In this document: positions 41,784 through 49,648 of the stretch, piece by piece | Numbering within the stretch: position 1 is the first letter of the stretch | Layout: each line of letters opens with the position of its first letter | Source of the DNA: a virus | Virus record (IMG/VR): IMGVR_UViG_3300023174_000096 | Coordinates: 32,001-96,000 of that record | Length of the DNA stretch: 64,000 nucleotides | Direction: 5' to 3' (one strand) | Program-made: the position numbers and the translations under genes | Notes under the pieces: model-generated | The model's database searches: none | What the model saw: the letters and a program-made list of their open reading frames with translations, nothing else | What the model was told of the DNA's origin: nothing

Positions 41784-42680
41784 TCAACCAATGGCCGTCC
41801 ACGCCTCCTCGCCGTTGGGGGCGTCGTCGAGGAGCATGGGCTGCGCCGGGTTCGGACCCGTCTGGCGCGGGCGACTGAAGTCCCGCGACCCGTCGTTCAA
41901 GGTGTCCGGGTAGAACGCCGTGTCGATCTGGTCCACGATGGCCGAGACGTTGTGCGTGATCGCGTACTCGCCGTTGTCCGTCCACTGCAACCCCGGCACA
42001 GCCCCTCCCACGGCTTGGGGGAGGAGCTCGTCGCGCTCGATGGTGAGTTGCTCGCGGAGGTCGCAGAGCTTGATGATCCGGGCCTCCAAGTCGTTCCGCA
42101 GCGTTCGGATTTCTTGGGTGACCCACCCGCGCATGGCGTGGACCGTCCGGGTCATGTCCGCCGACTGCTGGGTGTAGCTCACGGCGTTGCCAAATCTCCG
42201 TGGGGGGTACCGCCACAGGGGGAGCCACCCGCCGATGTAGATGCCGCCCGTCATGGGGTCCGTGCTCCCGGCGCTCGCGATGCCACCGTAAGGCTGCGTC
42301 TCTTGGACGTTGCTGGCCGGGGTCGCCTGTGGGTTGTCGAGGTCCGTCTGCGACTGCTCCGTCGCGTCCTCGACCACCTGCACCGCGTTGGGCGTCAGGA
42401 ACATGGAGATGTCGAAGGGGTTACCCCCCATCGCGATGTACGCGCGGAGGAGCTTCTCGATGCTGGTGTTGGGGGTGACATCCAGCCCGATGCGGCGCTC
42501 CGTCATCGCGTTGGGATTGCTGGCGTTTCGCTCGTAGAGGATGCGGATTTCTCCAATGCGGGCGAGCTCCGCGTTGATCGTCGTGACCCGCGCCATCACG
42601 TCCTGACGCTGGTTGAGGATGAAGCGTCGGAACTCACGATAGGCCCCGGCTCGGAAAAATCCTGTCCATCCGAAACTCAT
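41784..42680 (-). CDS. Hypothetical (probably virion) protein (298 aa)
   Basis: GGAGG RBS; first gene of the baseplate block. Confidence 0.7.
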   Translation of the reverse strand: MSFGWTGFFRAGAYREFRRFILNQRQDVMARVTTINAELARIGEIRILYERNASNPNAMTERRIGLDVTPNTSIEKLLRAYIAMGGNPFDISMFLTPNAVQVVEDATEQSQTDLDNPQATPASNVQETQPYGGIASAGSTDPMTGGIYIGGWLPLWRYPPRRFGNAVSYTQQSADMTRTVHAMRGWVTQEIRTLRNDLEARIIKLCDLREQLTIERDELLPQAVGGAVPGLQWTDNGEYAITHNVSAIVDQIDTAFYPDTLNDGSRDFSRPRQTGPNPAQPMLLDDAPNGEEAWTAIG

Positions 42681-42811
42681 GGCCTAACCTCCGAAGTTGT
42701 TGATGTTTTCTCACGACGAAGACGATGAGCCTCGATTGCAGACGGGCGCATCTTCTCCTTGGTTTCAGGAGTGTTCGTTCGACGGGGACGTGCCTGTGCT
42801 GCTTTTCGCAT
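42677..42811 (-). pseudogene. NUMOD3-like homing-endonuclease remnant or 44-aa uORF
   Basis: MRKAAQARPRRTNTPETKEKMRPSA...; ATGA-coupled to the next gene. Confidence 0.4.
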
Positions 42812-42818
42812 TCGTTCC

Positions 42819-43112
42819 CTACTCTAGCGGGGGGATAGACGAACTGAAGGCTCGCTCCCGGTCGAGCATCTGCACGATGGCCCGAGCTCGCGCCCGCCGG
42901 AAGTTCACCACCTCACCGAAGAGGTAGAGGGCGAAGGCCGCTCCCAAGGTGTACACCCCGTAGACGGCCTTGTCGGGCTCGTGAGCGACGGGGGCAACGA
43001 GCGCCACGGTTGCTCCGATCATGGCCAAGAAAAAGGCAGGGACGCCCAAGTAGCTGCGTCCGAGGTTGGCACGGGTGCGGAGGTTTAGCTCCTCTTTGTC
43101 CGTCAGGTCCAT
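42819..43112 (-). CDS. Small two-TM membrane protein (97 aa)
   Basis: Two hydrophobic segments. Confidence 0.6.
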   Translation of the reverse strand: MDLTDKEELNLRTRANLGRSYLGVPAFFLAMIGATVALVAPVAHEPDKAVYGVYTLGAAFALYLFGEVVNFRRARARAIVQMLDRERAFSSSIPPLE

Positions 43113-43175
43113 CTCATCACCCTACGCGAGCGTAATCGGTTACAGGAGCACCCTTGGCTCCGTTGAGGTTTTACG

Positions 43176-43619
43176 ATGGCCACCATCATCCCGACAGAGG
43201 GGGAGCTCCTTGAGGTCCCCGCCCCCGGCAACTCCACGGAGGCCCAGACCGTTCTGGGCGCGCTTGGGGTCGTTGCACACGGAGCCCCGGATGGCTCATC
43301 GTGGTGGGTTCTCGACCCCCCTCTCGTGGGCGACACGGCCCCCAACCACCGGGCCACCCGGTTCTACGCCAACCGTGTGGGGGGTACAGCGCCACGGACA
43401 CTGTACGGCAAGGTGCTGTACATGAGCGCCGACGAGACCAAGGCCCTCAACGGCGCGAAGCCCGCTGAGGAGATGGTGCCGATCCGTGGGCGCACCTACG
43501 AGGTGCGGGGCCTCCTCAAGGCGATTGGTGCCCGGTGGTTCGCCGCCGAGAAGGTCTGGAAGATCGCCAAGGCCAACCTCGCGGAGGCCGAAGAGATCGT
43601 GAGGCGCGGGTGCGGGTGA
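43176..43619 (+). CDS. Hypothetical protein (C-terminal DUF5710-like)
   Basis: TYEVRGLLKAIGARW....KVW. Confidence 0.65.
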   Translation: MATIIPTEGELLEVPAPGNSTEAQTVLGALGVVAHGAPDGSSWWVLDPPLVGDTAPNHRATRFYANRVGGTAPRTLYGKVLYMSADETKALNGAKPAEEMVPIRGRTYEVRGLLKAIGARWFAAEKVWKIAKANLAEAEEIVRRGCG

Positions 43620-43758
43620 AGAGGAAGCCCAAGGGGCCTCCCCGGTGTGCCCTCAAGGGCTGCGTGGGGTGGGGCGGCACTTGCGTGTGCCCACGCATCT
43701 CGTGGGCTCCCACAGAGAAATCCACGGGGGTCGGCGTCAGGGCTTGGCTGGGCTTCCG

Positions 43759-43917
43759 TCAGTCGCGTCGGAAGTAGTCGTAGAGCACCCTGCCCATGTC
43801 CCGGTCACAGAGGTAGCAACGGATGCCCTTGGGAGTGATCCGCAGCCACTTGTGCTCGCAGGGGTCTTCGACGAGGGATTCCCAGCGATCCTCTTGGTCA
43901 GGCTCCTCGTCCTGCAT
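43759..43917 (-). CDS. Small Zn-binding protein (52 aa; not in ORF track)
   Basis: MQDEEPDQEDRWESLVEDPCEHKW...RCYLCDRD; CTATC-N-TAG motif upstream. Confidence 0.5.
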   Translation of the reverse strand: MQDEEPDQEDRWESLVEDPCEHKWLRITPKGIRCYLCDRDMGRVLYDYFRRD

Positions 43918-43984
43918 ACCCTACGGGGACGATAGACGCTCTGTAACCGTCTTCACGAGGGGGTAGCATCGCAGAGGAGAACCG

Positions 43985-44536
43985 ATGACTTTGACCGTGA
44001 TTTGCGGACCCATGTTCGCAGAGAAGTCCACCACCCTCTACCGCTACGTCTCACGCGCCCTGCGCTCCAAAAAGCGCGTGGATGTGGTCGTGCCCACGGT
44101 GGACACCCGCAGCAAGGGACAAGTCGTCACCCACTCCGGGCTCACCCTTGAATCGCTGGGAGTGACGCCGAGAACGGTGGCCACGTCGTCGGACCTGTAC
44201 CGGGCGATGCCCACGCCCGCGCCCGACCTGATGGTGATCGAAGAAGCCCAGTTCTTCGACATCGACCTCCCGCTGTGGGTCGGGAAGCTCGTCGAGCGGG
44301 GTGTTCACGTCGTCGCGGCGGGGCTCGACCTCACCAGCGAGGGCGGACCCTTCGGCCCGATGGGGCACCTGATGTGCCTCGCGGACCGGGTCGAGAAGCT
44401 CACGGCGATCTGCGCGTGCGGTGCGGAGGCGACCCGGACGATGTGCAGGGTGCGGAAGGACGGCGCGGTGCTGGTGGGCGGTGGCGGTGAGTACGTCCCG
44501 GCGTGCCTACCGTGCTGGATGAAGCGCCCGCGCTAG
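43985..44536 (+). CDS. tdk: Thymidine kinase (TK1-type)
   Basis: GPMFAEKST, EEAQFF, AGLD...PFG, KLTAIC.CG, and Y.PAC..C lasso motif; GAGGAG RBS. Confidence 0.92.
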   Translation: MTLTVICGPMFAEKSTTLYRYVSRALRSKKRVDVVVPTVDTRSKGQVVTHSGLTLESLGVTPRTVATSSDLYRAMPTPAPDLMVIEEAQFFDIDLPLWVGKLVERGVHVVAAGLDLTSEGGPFGPMGHLMCLADRVEKLTAICACGAEATRTMCRVRKDGAVLVGGGGEYVPACLPCWMKRPR

Positions 44537-44539
44537 TCG

Positions 44540-44914
44540 TTAGCGGGCGAGTTTCGTCAGAGCCTCAAAGGCTTCTTGCATCGGACGGCTCTGCGAGCGA
44601 CGGCAGTCCATCAGGCTGTGTTGGACCTTGTCAAGGATCTTGACCAAGAAGTCATGACCCTGCCCGGGGTTCTGTTCGGCCCCGTCGAGGACGTGGGCGA
44701 ACGCAAGGCGCGCGTTTTCTTCAGCCATCCGCAGGTAGGCGATGGCGTCGTTCATGGCTTCCTTCGCCGCCCCGTAATCCGACTTGCTCGAATCGACCGA
44801 CTCGAAGACCATCGGTCCCGCCGTCTTGGTGAGGAGGGGCATGAGGTGCGAACGGAGCTCCGGGTTGGTGTGAGCCAGCCGGATGATCTTGGAACGGAGT
44901 GCTTGATCGCTCAT
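44540..44914 (-). CDS. Leader-bearing helical protein
   Basis: MSDQALRSKIIRLAHTNPELRSHLMPLLTKTA|G. Confidence 0.75.
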   Translation of the reverse strand: MSDQALRSKIIRLAHTNPELRSHLMPLLTKTAGPMVFESVDSSKSDYGAAKEAMNDAIAYLRMAEENARLAFAHVLDGAEQNPGQGHDFLVKILDKVQHSLMDCRRSQSRPMQEAFEALTKLAR

Positions 44915-44955
44915 TGGGATGGAACCTTTTCTTACGGGGTGTGGTGAACAGTCGG

Positions 44956-47900
44956 TCAAACGAGGCCCGACCAGCCCTTGAGGGAGGCGAGGATCTTCTT
45001 GGCGGCGGACGCCCCCTCCGTGACCTTCACGGGCTTGGTGGGGGACTCTTCGTTCGTGCGGTCGATCACCGTGAGGTAGACACTGGTGTCACCGAGGGTG
45101 CATTGGGACAGCAAGAACTGCTGGTACTCGGGAGCCCCCTGCGCGTTGTCCTTGGGCTGGGGGTAGACGGTGAGGTACACGCTGAAGGCCATCCCGTCCA
45201 CGGTGCGGTCGCCCACCTTGCAGGGGACGAAGTGCGGGTGGACGGTGATCGACAGGGAGTTGGGGAAGCGCATCCCCGCCCGCACCTCGTCCACCGCCGC
45301 GCTGGAGATCAGTCGGAGATCCTTGGGCATGATCTTCTGCGAGAGGGCCGAGAGAACCTCCCGCGCCTGTGCCCGGAACGCCTCAAACCGCTCGTAGAGC
45401 ATCTGGGCATCCCGAAGCGCCGCGCTGATGGTGGCGTCACTTGGGTGCTCGGTGAGGTAGGTGCGGCAGTGGGCGATCACCCGCTCGGCGTGTCGCATCC
45501 CATGCTCAGACTTGGCGAACACCTCCGTCTGCGAGTGCAGGGTGAGCGCCGCGATGCGCCCCACCACGGGCATGGGCACCGTCTCCGCGTAGGTGTCCAG
45601 CACCGCTTGGATGTCCGACGCCAGTGCCTCCAGCGTCTCCAGTTCGCCCGTGATCGTGGCCACGGGGTCGATGGCATCGAGGTGCTGGGACACGACACGG
45701 CGAACAGATGCACTTCTCACGGGTACCTCACAGACAGTCGGAGGGGGGTCTTGGCGACCCTTCCAGAACACGGTGACGATCTCGATGCGCCCTGCGTCGG
45801 TGGCGAACACCACTTTCAGCCGGGTCTTGGGGTCCACCCACTCAATCTTCTCTTGGGAGAGCAGGGCTTCGTACTGGTCGGGGTTCACCTTCTGGAGCCC
45901 CTGCGCGTAGACGATGAACGAGTTCAGCGCAGCCTCCACGTCCTTGACCGTCACGGATCGGTAGTCCATGCGGAACTGGGCGTGGGGGAGGATGGTGAAG
46001 CTCTTGAAGCCCGACCCGCTCTCAGTGGTCAGCGGGTAGACCTTCCGGGCGTCCGGGTTGGACAGATCACCCGTCTCGGCGTCGTCGGTGAGCTTCTCCC
46101 GCAGAGCGGGGTTGCGGATCGCGCGGTTGATCCGGTCCACCACCTTGCACGGGCCACCGTTGAGCCCCAGCGGTGGTGACAGGTCGGCGGTCTTCTTGGC
46201 CTTCTCGTCGGCGGCTTCCATCTGACCCTTCACCTTCTCGGCCCACGCTCGTCCGGGGTCACCACCCCAGATCAGCCACGACACGTTGCCCTTGTCGTTC
46301 CACGGCTCACCCTTGTTCTCCGGGGCGACGCCCTTGTTCTTCTCGTGGCGCGAGAAGAACGCGGTCATCTGCTTGATGGTGTCGGGCGAGATGTTGTCCC
46401 GGTTCTTGAGGTTCACCGCCCGCTGCACGCCGCTCCCGATGCCCTGCTCGGCAGCTTCCGCCGGGGTGAGCCCGCCCTTGTTCGACGGGCTGGCTTTCTC
46501 ACGGTACTCCAAGCCCTTTTCCGCTGCGTCGGCCACCGACTGCGGGGGCTTGAAGTCGATGTGCTCGTACTTCTTGGGCACGTCGGCGGTTCGGGTGCGG
46601 CGGTGGTTCATGGTCACGTCTTGATGATGAAGTTCACGGCGAGCCACGGCTGCATATTGGCGTGCGCGCTGCCACCGCCCGTCGAACCCGTGGTGAACGT
46701 GTGCGTGTAGACGAGCGAACCGTTGGGCGACACGGACGGGGGATGCGCGGAGCCTCTCTCGCACGCGGTCGTTGAGTTTCACGTCTTGGTCGGCCAAGTT
46801 CGGGTCCGACAGGAGGAACTCGCGAGCAATGGGGACAAGGCTCGCGCGAGCCCTGCCCGTCAACGAGAACTCTTGAATGAGCGCCATGTTGTCCACTGCG
46901 GGTTTCCGCAGGGCTTCAAGGTACTTCCTTGCCTCGTCACTGGACCATCCGCTGGTGTTCTGCTTGAACTGCTCGCGCTCGTTCGGCGTCAAAAAGTCCA
47001 GCACCCTCCCCGCGATCCCGATGTCGGCAAGCTCCAACAAGAGCTCGACCGTATGGTTGCCGTTCGCCAGTTGCTTGGTGAGGTATGCCGCGAACGGGGG
47101 GTTCTCTTGCACCATCTCGACGATCACGTCGAGTAGGCCAAGGGAACGCATCACTTTGAGGCCCATCGTCGCCTTGGGTGACTTGAGGATGTCCCCGACG
47201 AGGATGTTCCCGACAGCTTCCCACGGCATATTCTTGAGCTTCGCGGCGTTGCGCCTCACAGAGGCCATAGCATCGGGCGAGATGGTCAAGTCATACCGCA
47301 GCAAGAACTTCAAGACCCGGAGCATCCGAGTCGGGTCGTCGCTGAAGGTCTTGTCGGGGTCCACGGGCGTCGAGATGAGCTTCTGCTCAAGGTGCTGACG
47401 ACCCAGCCCCGTGAGGTCAATCACTTCGGCCTTGTCAGGGCCGTTGGCGAGGTCATGCATCCGCCACAGCAGGGTGTTGAACGTGAACTCTCGGCGGAAC
47501 ACATCCTCTTCAATGGTCGCGGGGGACACGTCCGTGGGCTTGTATCCCTTGCCTTTGCCCCCCGCACCCTCGTAGGACTCCTTGCGGGCGTTGGCGATCT
47601 CGATCACCTCGCCCTTCAGGTTGATCCCGTCGAGCAGCCACTCCCCCTTCACGGTGAGGATCACCACCCCGTACTGGTTGGTCGCGAGGTTCGTCGGGAC
47701 AGGGATGGCGTCCACCACCTTTCGGGCGAACCACTCTGAATCCCGGCCCGCCGACACGGAGTCCACCACCACGTCGATGTCCTTGATGGGCACACCGAGG
47801 ATGAAGTTCCGCACGGCACCGCCGACGACGTAGACGTGTCGGGCGACGCCAGCGTCACGGGCCACCTCAGACAGAAAACTCATCAACGCGATGGACTTGG

Positions 47901-48825
47901 CGTGTGCCGAGGATGCCATCAGGTACCGGGAAGCGAGCTTCACCGGGTCCACGGACTTCCTGACCTGTCCGGTCTTGGGTGACAGTTCCACGAGCTCTTT
48001 GCCTCCGTTGCGGTAGCTAAACGCCCTCACCGTGATCTTGGGCGAGTAGTCCTTGGGCAGACGGTCCTCCAGCCCCTCGTAGTCCATCTTGCCGGGGATG
48101 ACGTAGAAATCCAACTCCCGGTCGGTGAGGTTCATCACCATCTGGGAGGTGGTCGCCATCGAGTCCGTGTCTCGCACCGGGTCGTTGTGGGTGCGCGGCC
48201 CTTCGGAGCGGTTCCGCATGAGGTCCGGGCCAAGGTCCGTGGGCGTCTTGCTCTGACGGAGGATCTGGGTGGACTTCTCCTTGCGGGCGGCGGACGAGAG
48301 ATACCCCTCGCCGTCCGTGTAGCCCGTCCCGCCCGTGTCGCGCCCGTGGTTGGTGCGGACATGGATCTCACTGCCCTCCAAGGGCTTGGTGACGCAGTCC
48401 CCGTTGATGAGCTCGACCGAGAACGCCCGGTTCGGGTCACTCACGAACGAGTGCCCTTCCAGCCCCCCAAGGTGGGAGCACAGGGAGTCAATGGCGTCCT
48501 GCACGGTGCGGCACGAGAGGGCCTTGAGGATGCGGGCACCGTCGAGCGCCTTGCCCTTCTTGCCCTTCTTGTCCTCGACAGCCGTGGCGGTGCCTTCGGC
48601 CTCATCGAGGCCCACGGCGAGCGCCGCGTTGGCGATCCCGATCCCGTGCTCGTTCAACCCCTCGCACCACCCCGTGACGTTGTCGCGCATATACGCGACC
48701 TCGACGCCGTCGAGGAGCTCGCGGACGAGGGTGACTCGTGGGGTGTACTTGCGGTCACGGTTCTTGAGGAGAGCCCTCTTCCCGTCCCACACACCAGCAG
48801 CAATGACGCAAGCGAGTCTGTCCAT
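44956..48825 (-). CDS. Polyprotein: Ntn hydrolase (C45-like) + CCA-adding/poly(A) polymerase-family nucleotidyltransferase + WGG domain + BECR/DUF4258-like RNase + helical domain
   Basis: C6..KNRDR..EGLNEHG..RTNH; VGGAVRN..DID, RREFTFN, DDPTRMLR; FFSRH..WLIWGGD; HAQFRM..R.V...IVTVF. Confidence 0.85.
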   Translation of the reverse strand: MDRLACVIAAGVWDGKRALLKNRDRKYTPRVTLVRELLDGVEVAYMRDNVTGWCEGLNEHGIGIANAALAVGLDEAEGTATAVEDKKGKKGKALDGARILKALSCRTVQDAIDSLCSHLGGLEGHSFVSDPNRAFSVELINGDCVTKPLEGSEIHVRTNHGRDTGGTGYTDGEGYLSSAARKEKSTQILRQSKTPTDLGPDLMRNRSEGPRTHNDPVRDTDSMATTSQMVMNLTDRELDFYVIPGKMDYEGLEDRLPKDYSPKITVRAFSYRNGGKELVELSPKTGQVRKSVDPVKLASRYLMASSAHAKSIALMSFLSEVARDAGVARHVYVVGGAVRNFILGVPIKDIDVVVDSVSAGRDSEWFARKVVDAIPVPTNLATNQYGVVILTVKGEWLLDGINLKGEVIEIANARKESYEGAGGKGKGYKPTDVSPATIEEDVFRREFTFNTLLWRMHDLANGPDKAEVIDLTGLGRQHLEQKLISTPVDPDKTFSDDPTRMLRVLKFLLRYDLTISPDAMASVRRNAAKLKNMPWEAVGNILVGDILKSPKATMGLKVMRSLGLLDVIVEMVQENPPFAAYLTKQLANGNHTVELLLELADIGIAGRVLDFLTPNEREQFKQNTSGWSSDEARKYLEALRKPAVDNMALIQEFSLTGRARASLVPIAREFLLSDPNLADQDVKLNDRVRERLRASPVRVAQRFARLHAHVHHGFDGRWQRARQYAAVARRELHHQDVTMNHRRTRTADVPKKYEHIDFKPPQSVADAAEKGLEYREKASPSNKGGLTPAEAAEQGIGSGVQRAVNLKNRDNISPDTIKQMTAFFSRHEKNKGVAPENKGEPWNDKGNVSWLIWGGDPGRAWAEKVKGQMEAADEKAKKTADLSPPLGLNGGPCKVVDRINRAIRNPALREKLTDDAETGDLSNPDARKVYPLTTESGSGFKSFTILPHAQFRMDYRSVTVKDVEAALNSFIVYAQGLQKVNPDQYEALLSQEKIEWVDPKTRLKVVFATDAGRIEIVTVFWKGRQDPPPTVCEVPVRSASVRRVVSQHLDAIDPVATITGELETLEALASDIQAVLDTYAETVPMPVVGRIAALTLHSQTEVFAKSEHGMRHAERVIAHCRTYLTEHPSDATISAALRDAQMLYERFEAFRAQAREVLSALSQKIMPKDLRLISSAAVDEVRAGMRFPNSLSITVHPHFVPCKVGDRTVDGMAFSVYLTVYPQPKDNAQGAPEYQQFLLSQCTLGDTSVYLTVIDRTNEESPTKPVKVTEGASAAKKILASLKGWSGLV

Positions 48826-48880
48826 AGGGGGGTTGGTCCTACGGGCGCAGGGTGATAGAACGGTTAAGGGCGGGGGGTCG

Positions 48881-49360
48881 TTAGAAGAGCTCGACGAGGC
48901 CCGAAGCCTGAATCCAAGCCACGTTCACGGGCGCACCGAAGTGATTCGCGACGATGGTCATCTCAATCATGGCGCGGGGCATGAGGGCGTTCATCGCCGT
49001 GCGGTGCGGAAGGCTGTCCTGCATCAGACGGTCGAGCTCGTTTCTAGCTTCGTCGGTGCTGGCCTCTTGTCGAAGGGTGGCCATCGCCGCAAACACTTCG
49101 CCCTCGTCGAAGGTGCCTTCCGCGAGGGACTGTTCTTCAACGGAGGTGACATCCGGCTCACGGAAATTGATCGTCCACAGGGGTGCCCAGCGGGCGACGA
49201 ACTCGCGCAGGGCTTCGGGCGTCTCGCACGCCTTCAACCCGGCGGTGTAGTCGGTCATCACCGAATCGCCGTTGACGGCGAACGGATACGGGGGGAGTTT
49301 GCGGATCGCAGCCCTGATGGGTTCAAGGGCGGGGTCGTCGGCGGGGTGCGGTCGTTCCAT
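48881..49360 (-). CDS. Hypothetical protein (~159 aa)
   Basis: ATG 8 nt after GGGCGTAA. Confidence 0.65.
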   Translation of the reverse strand: MERPHPADDPALEPIRAAIRKLPPYPFAVNGDSVMTDYTAGLKACETPEALREFVARWAPLWTINFREPDVTSVEEQSLAEGTFDEGEVFAAMATLRQEASTDEARNELDRLMQDSLPHRTAMNALMPRAMIEMTIVANHFGAPVNVAWIQASGLVELF

Positions 49361-49395
49361 GCGGGGAGTTACGCCCGCATGGAACGGGCGGGGGA

Positions 49396-49629
49396 TCAGC
49401 CTTCGTAGCCAGCGGGCTTGGCCTTCGCGGCGGCGAGGCTCGCGTCGCGCGCGGCTTGATCCTTCGTGACGGTCTTGCCCTTGACCGCCGGGGTCTCCTG
49501 TCCCCACTCCGACACGAACACCAGAACGGTGCCCACGGGCTGGGTCTTGGGGTCCACGGGGGTCTTGGCGGCGTCGCCCATCACATAGACGAACGGGGTG
49601 GCCTTCTCACGGGGGGTGCGGGTAGTCAT
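49396..49629 (-). CDS. Hypothetical protein (~77 aa)
   Basis: AGGAG RBS before ATG 49629. Confidence 0.65.
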   Translation of the reverse strand: MTTRTPREKATPFVYVMGDAAKTPVDPKTQPVGTVLVFVSEWGQETPAVKGKTVTKDQAARDASLAAAKAKPAGYEG

Positions 49630-49648
49630 GGTCGGGGGTCTCCTTGGA

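Noticed and set aside
21249-42680. Bacterial contractile injection system (eCIS/T6SS) instead of phage
   Set aside because: Interspersed polA, tdk, dcd, phoH, homing endonuclease and many small hypothetical genes, with no housekeeping context, indicate a phage genome.
31793-42728. Long plus-strand ORFs (e.g. 33572-35887, 38215-40653, 40893-42728) and similar antisense ORFs elsewhere
   Set aside because: Shadow frames of high-GC3 genes; R/G/H/V-biased composition, no motifs or RBS.
43616-43777. Small Cys-rich plus-strand ORF
   Set aside because: Short, overlaps a better-supported minus-strand ORF, and has no further support.
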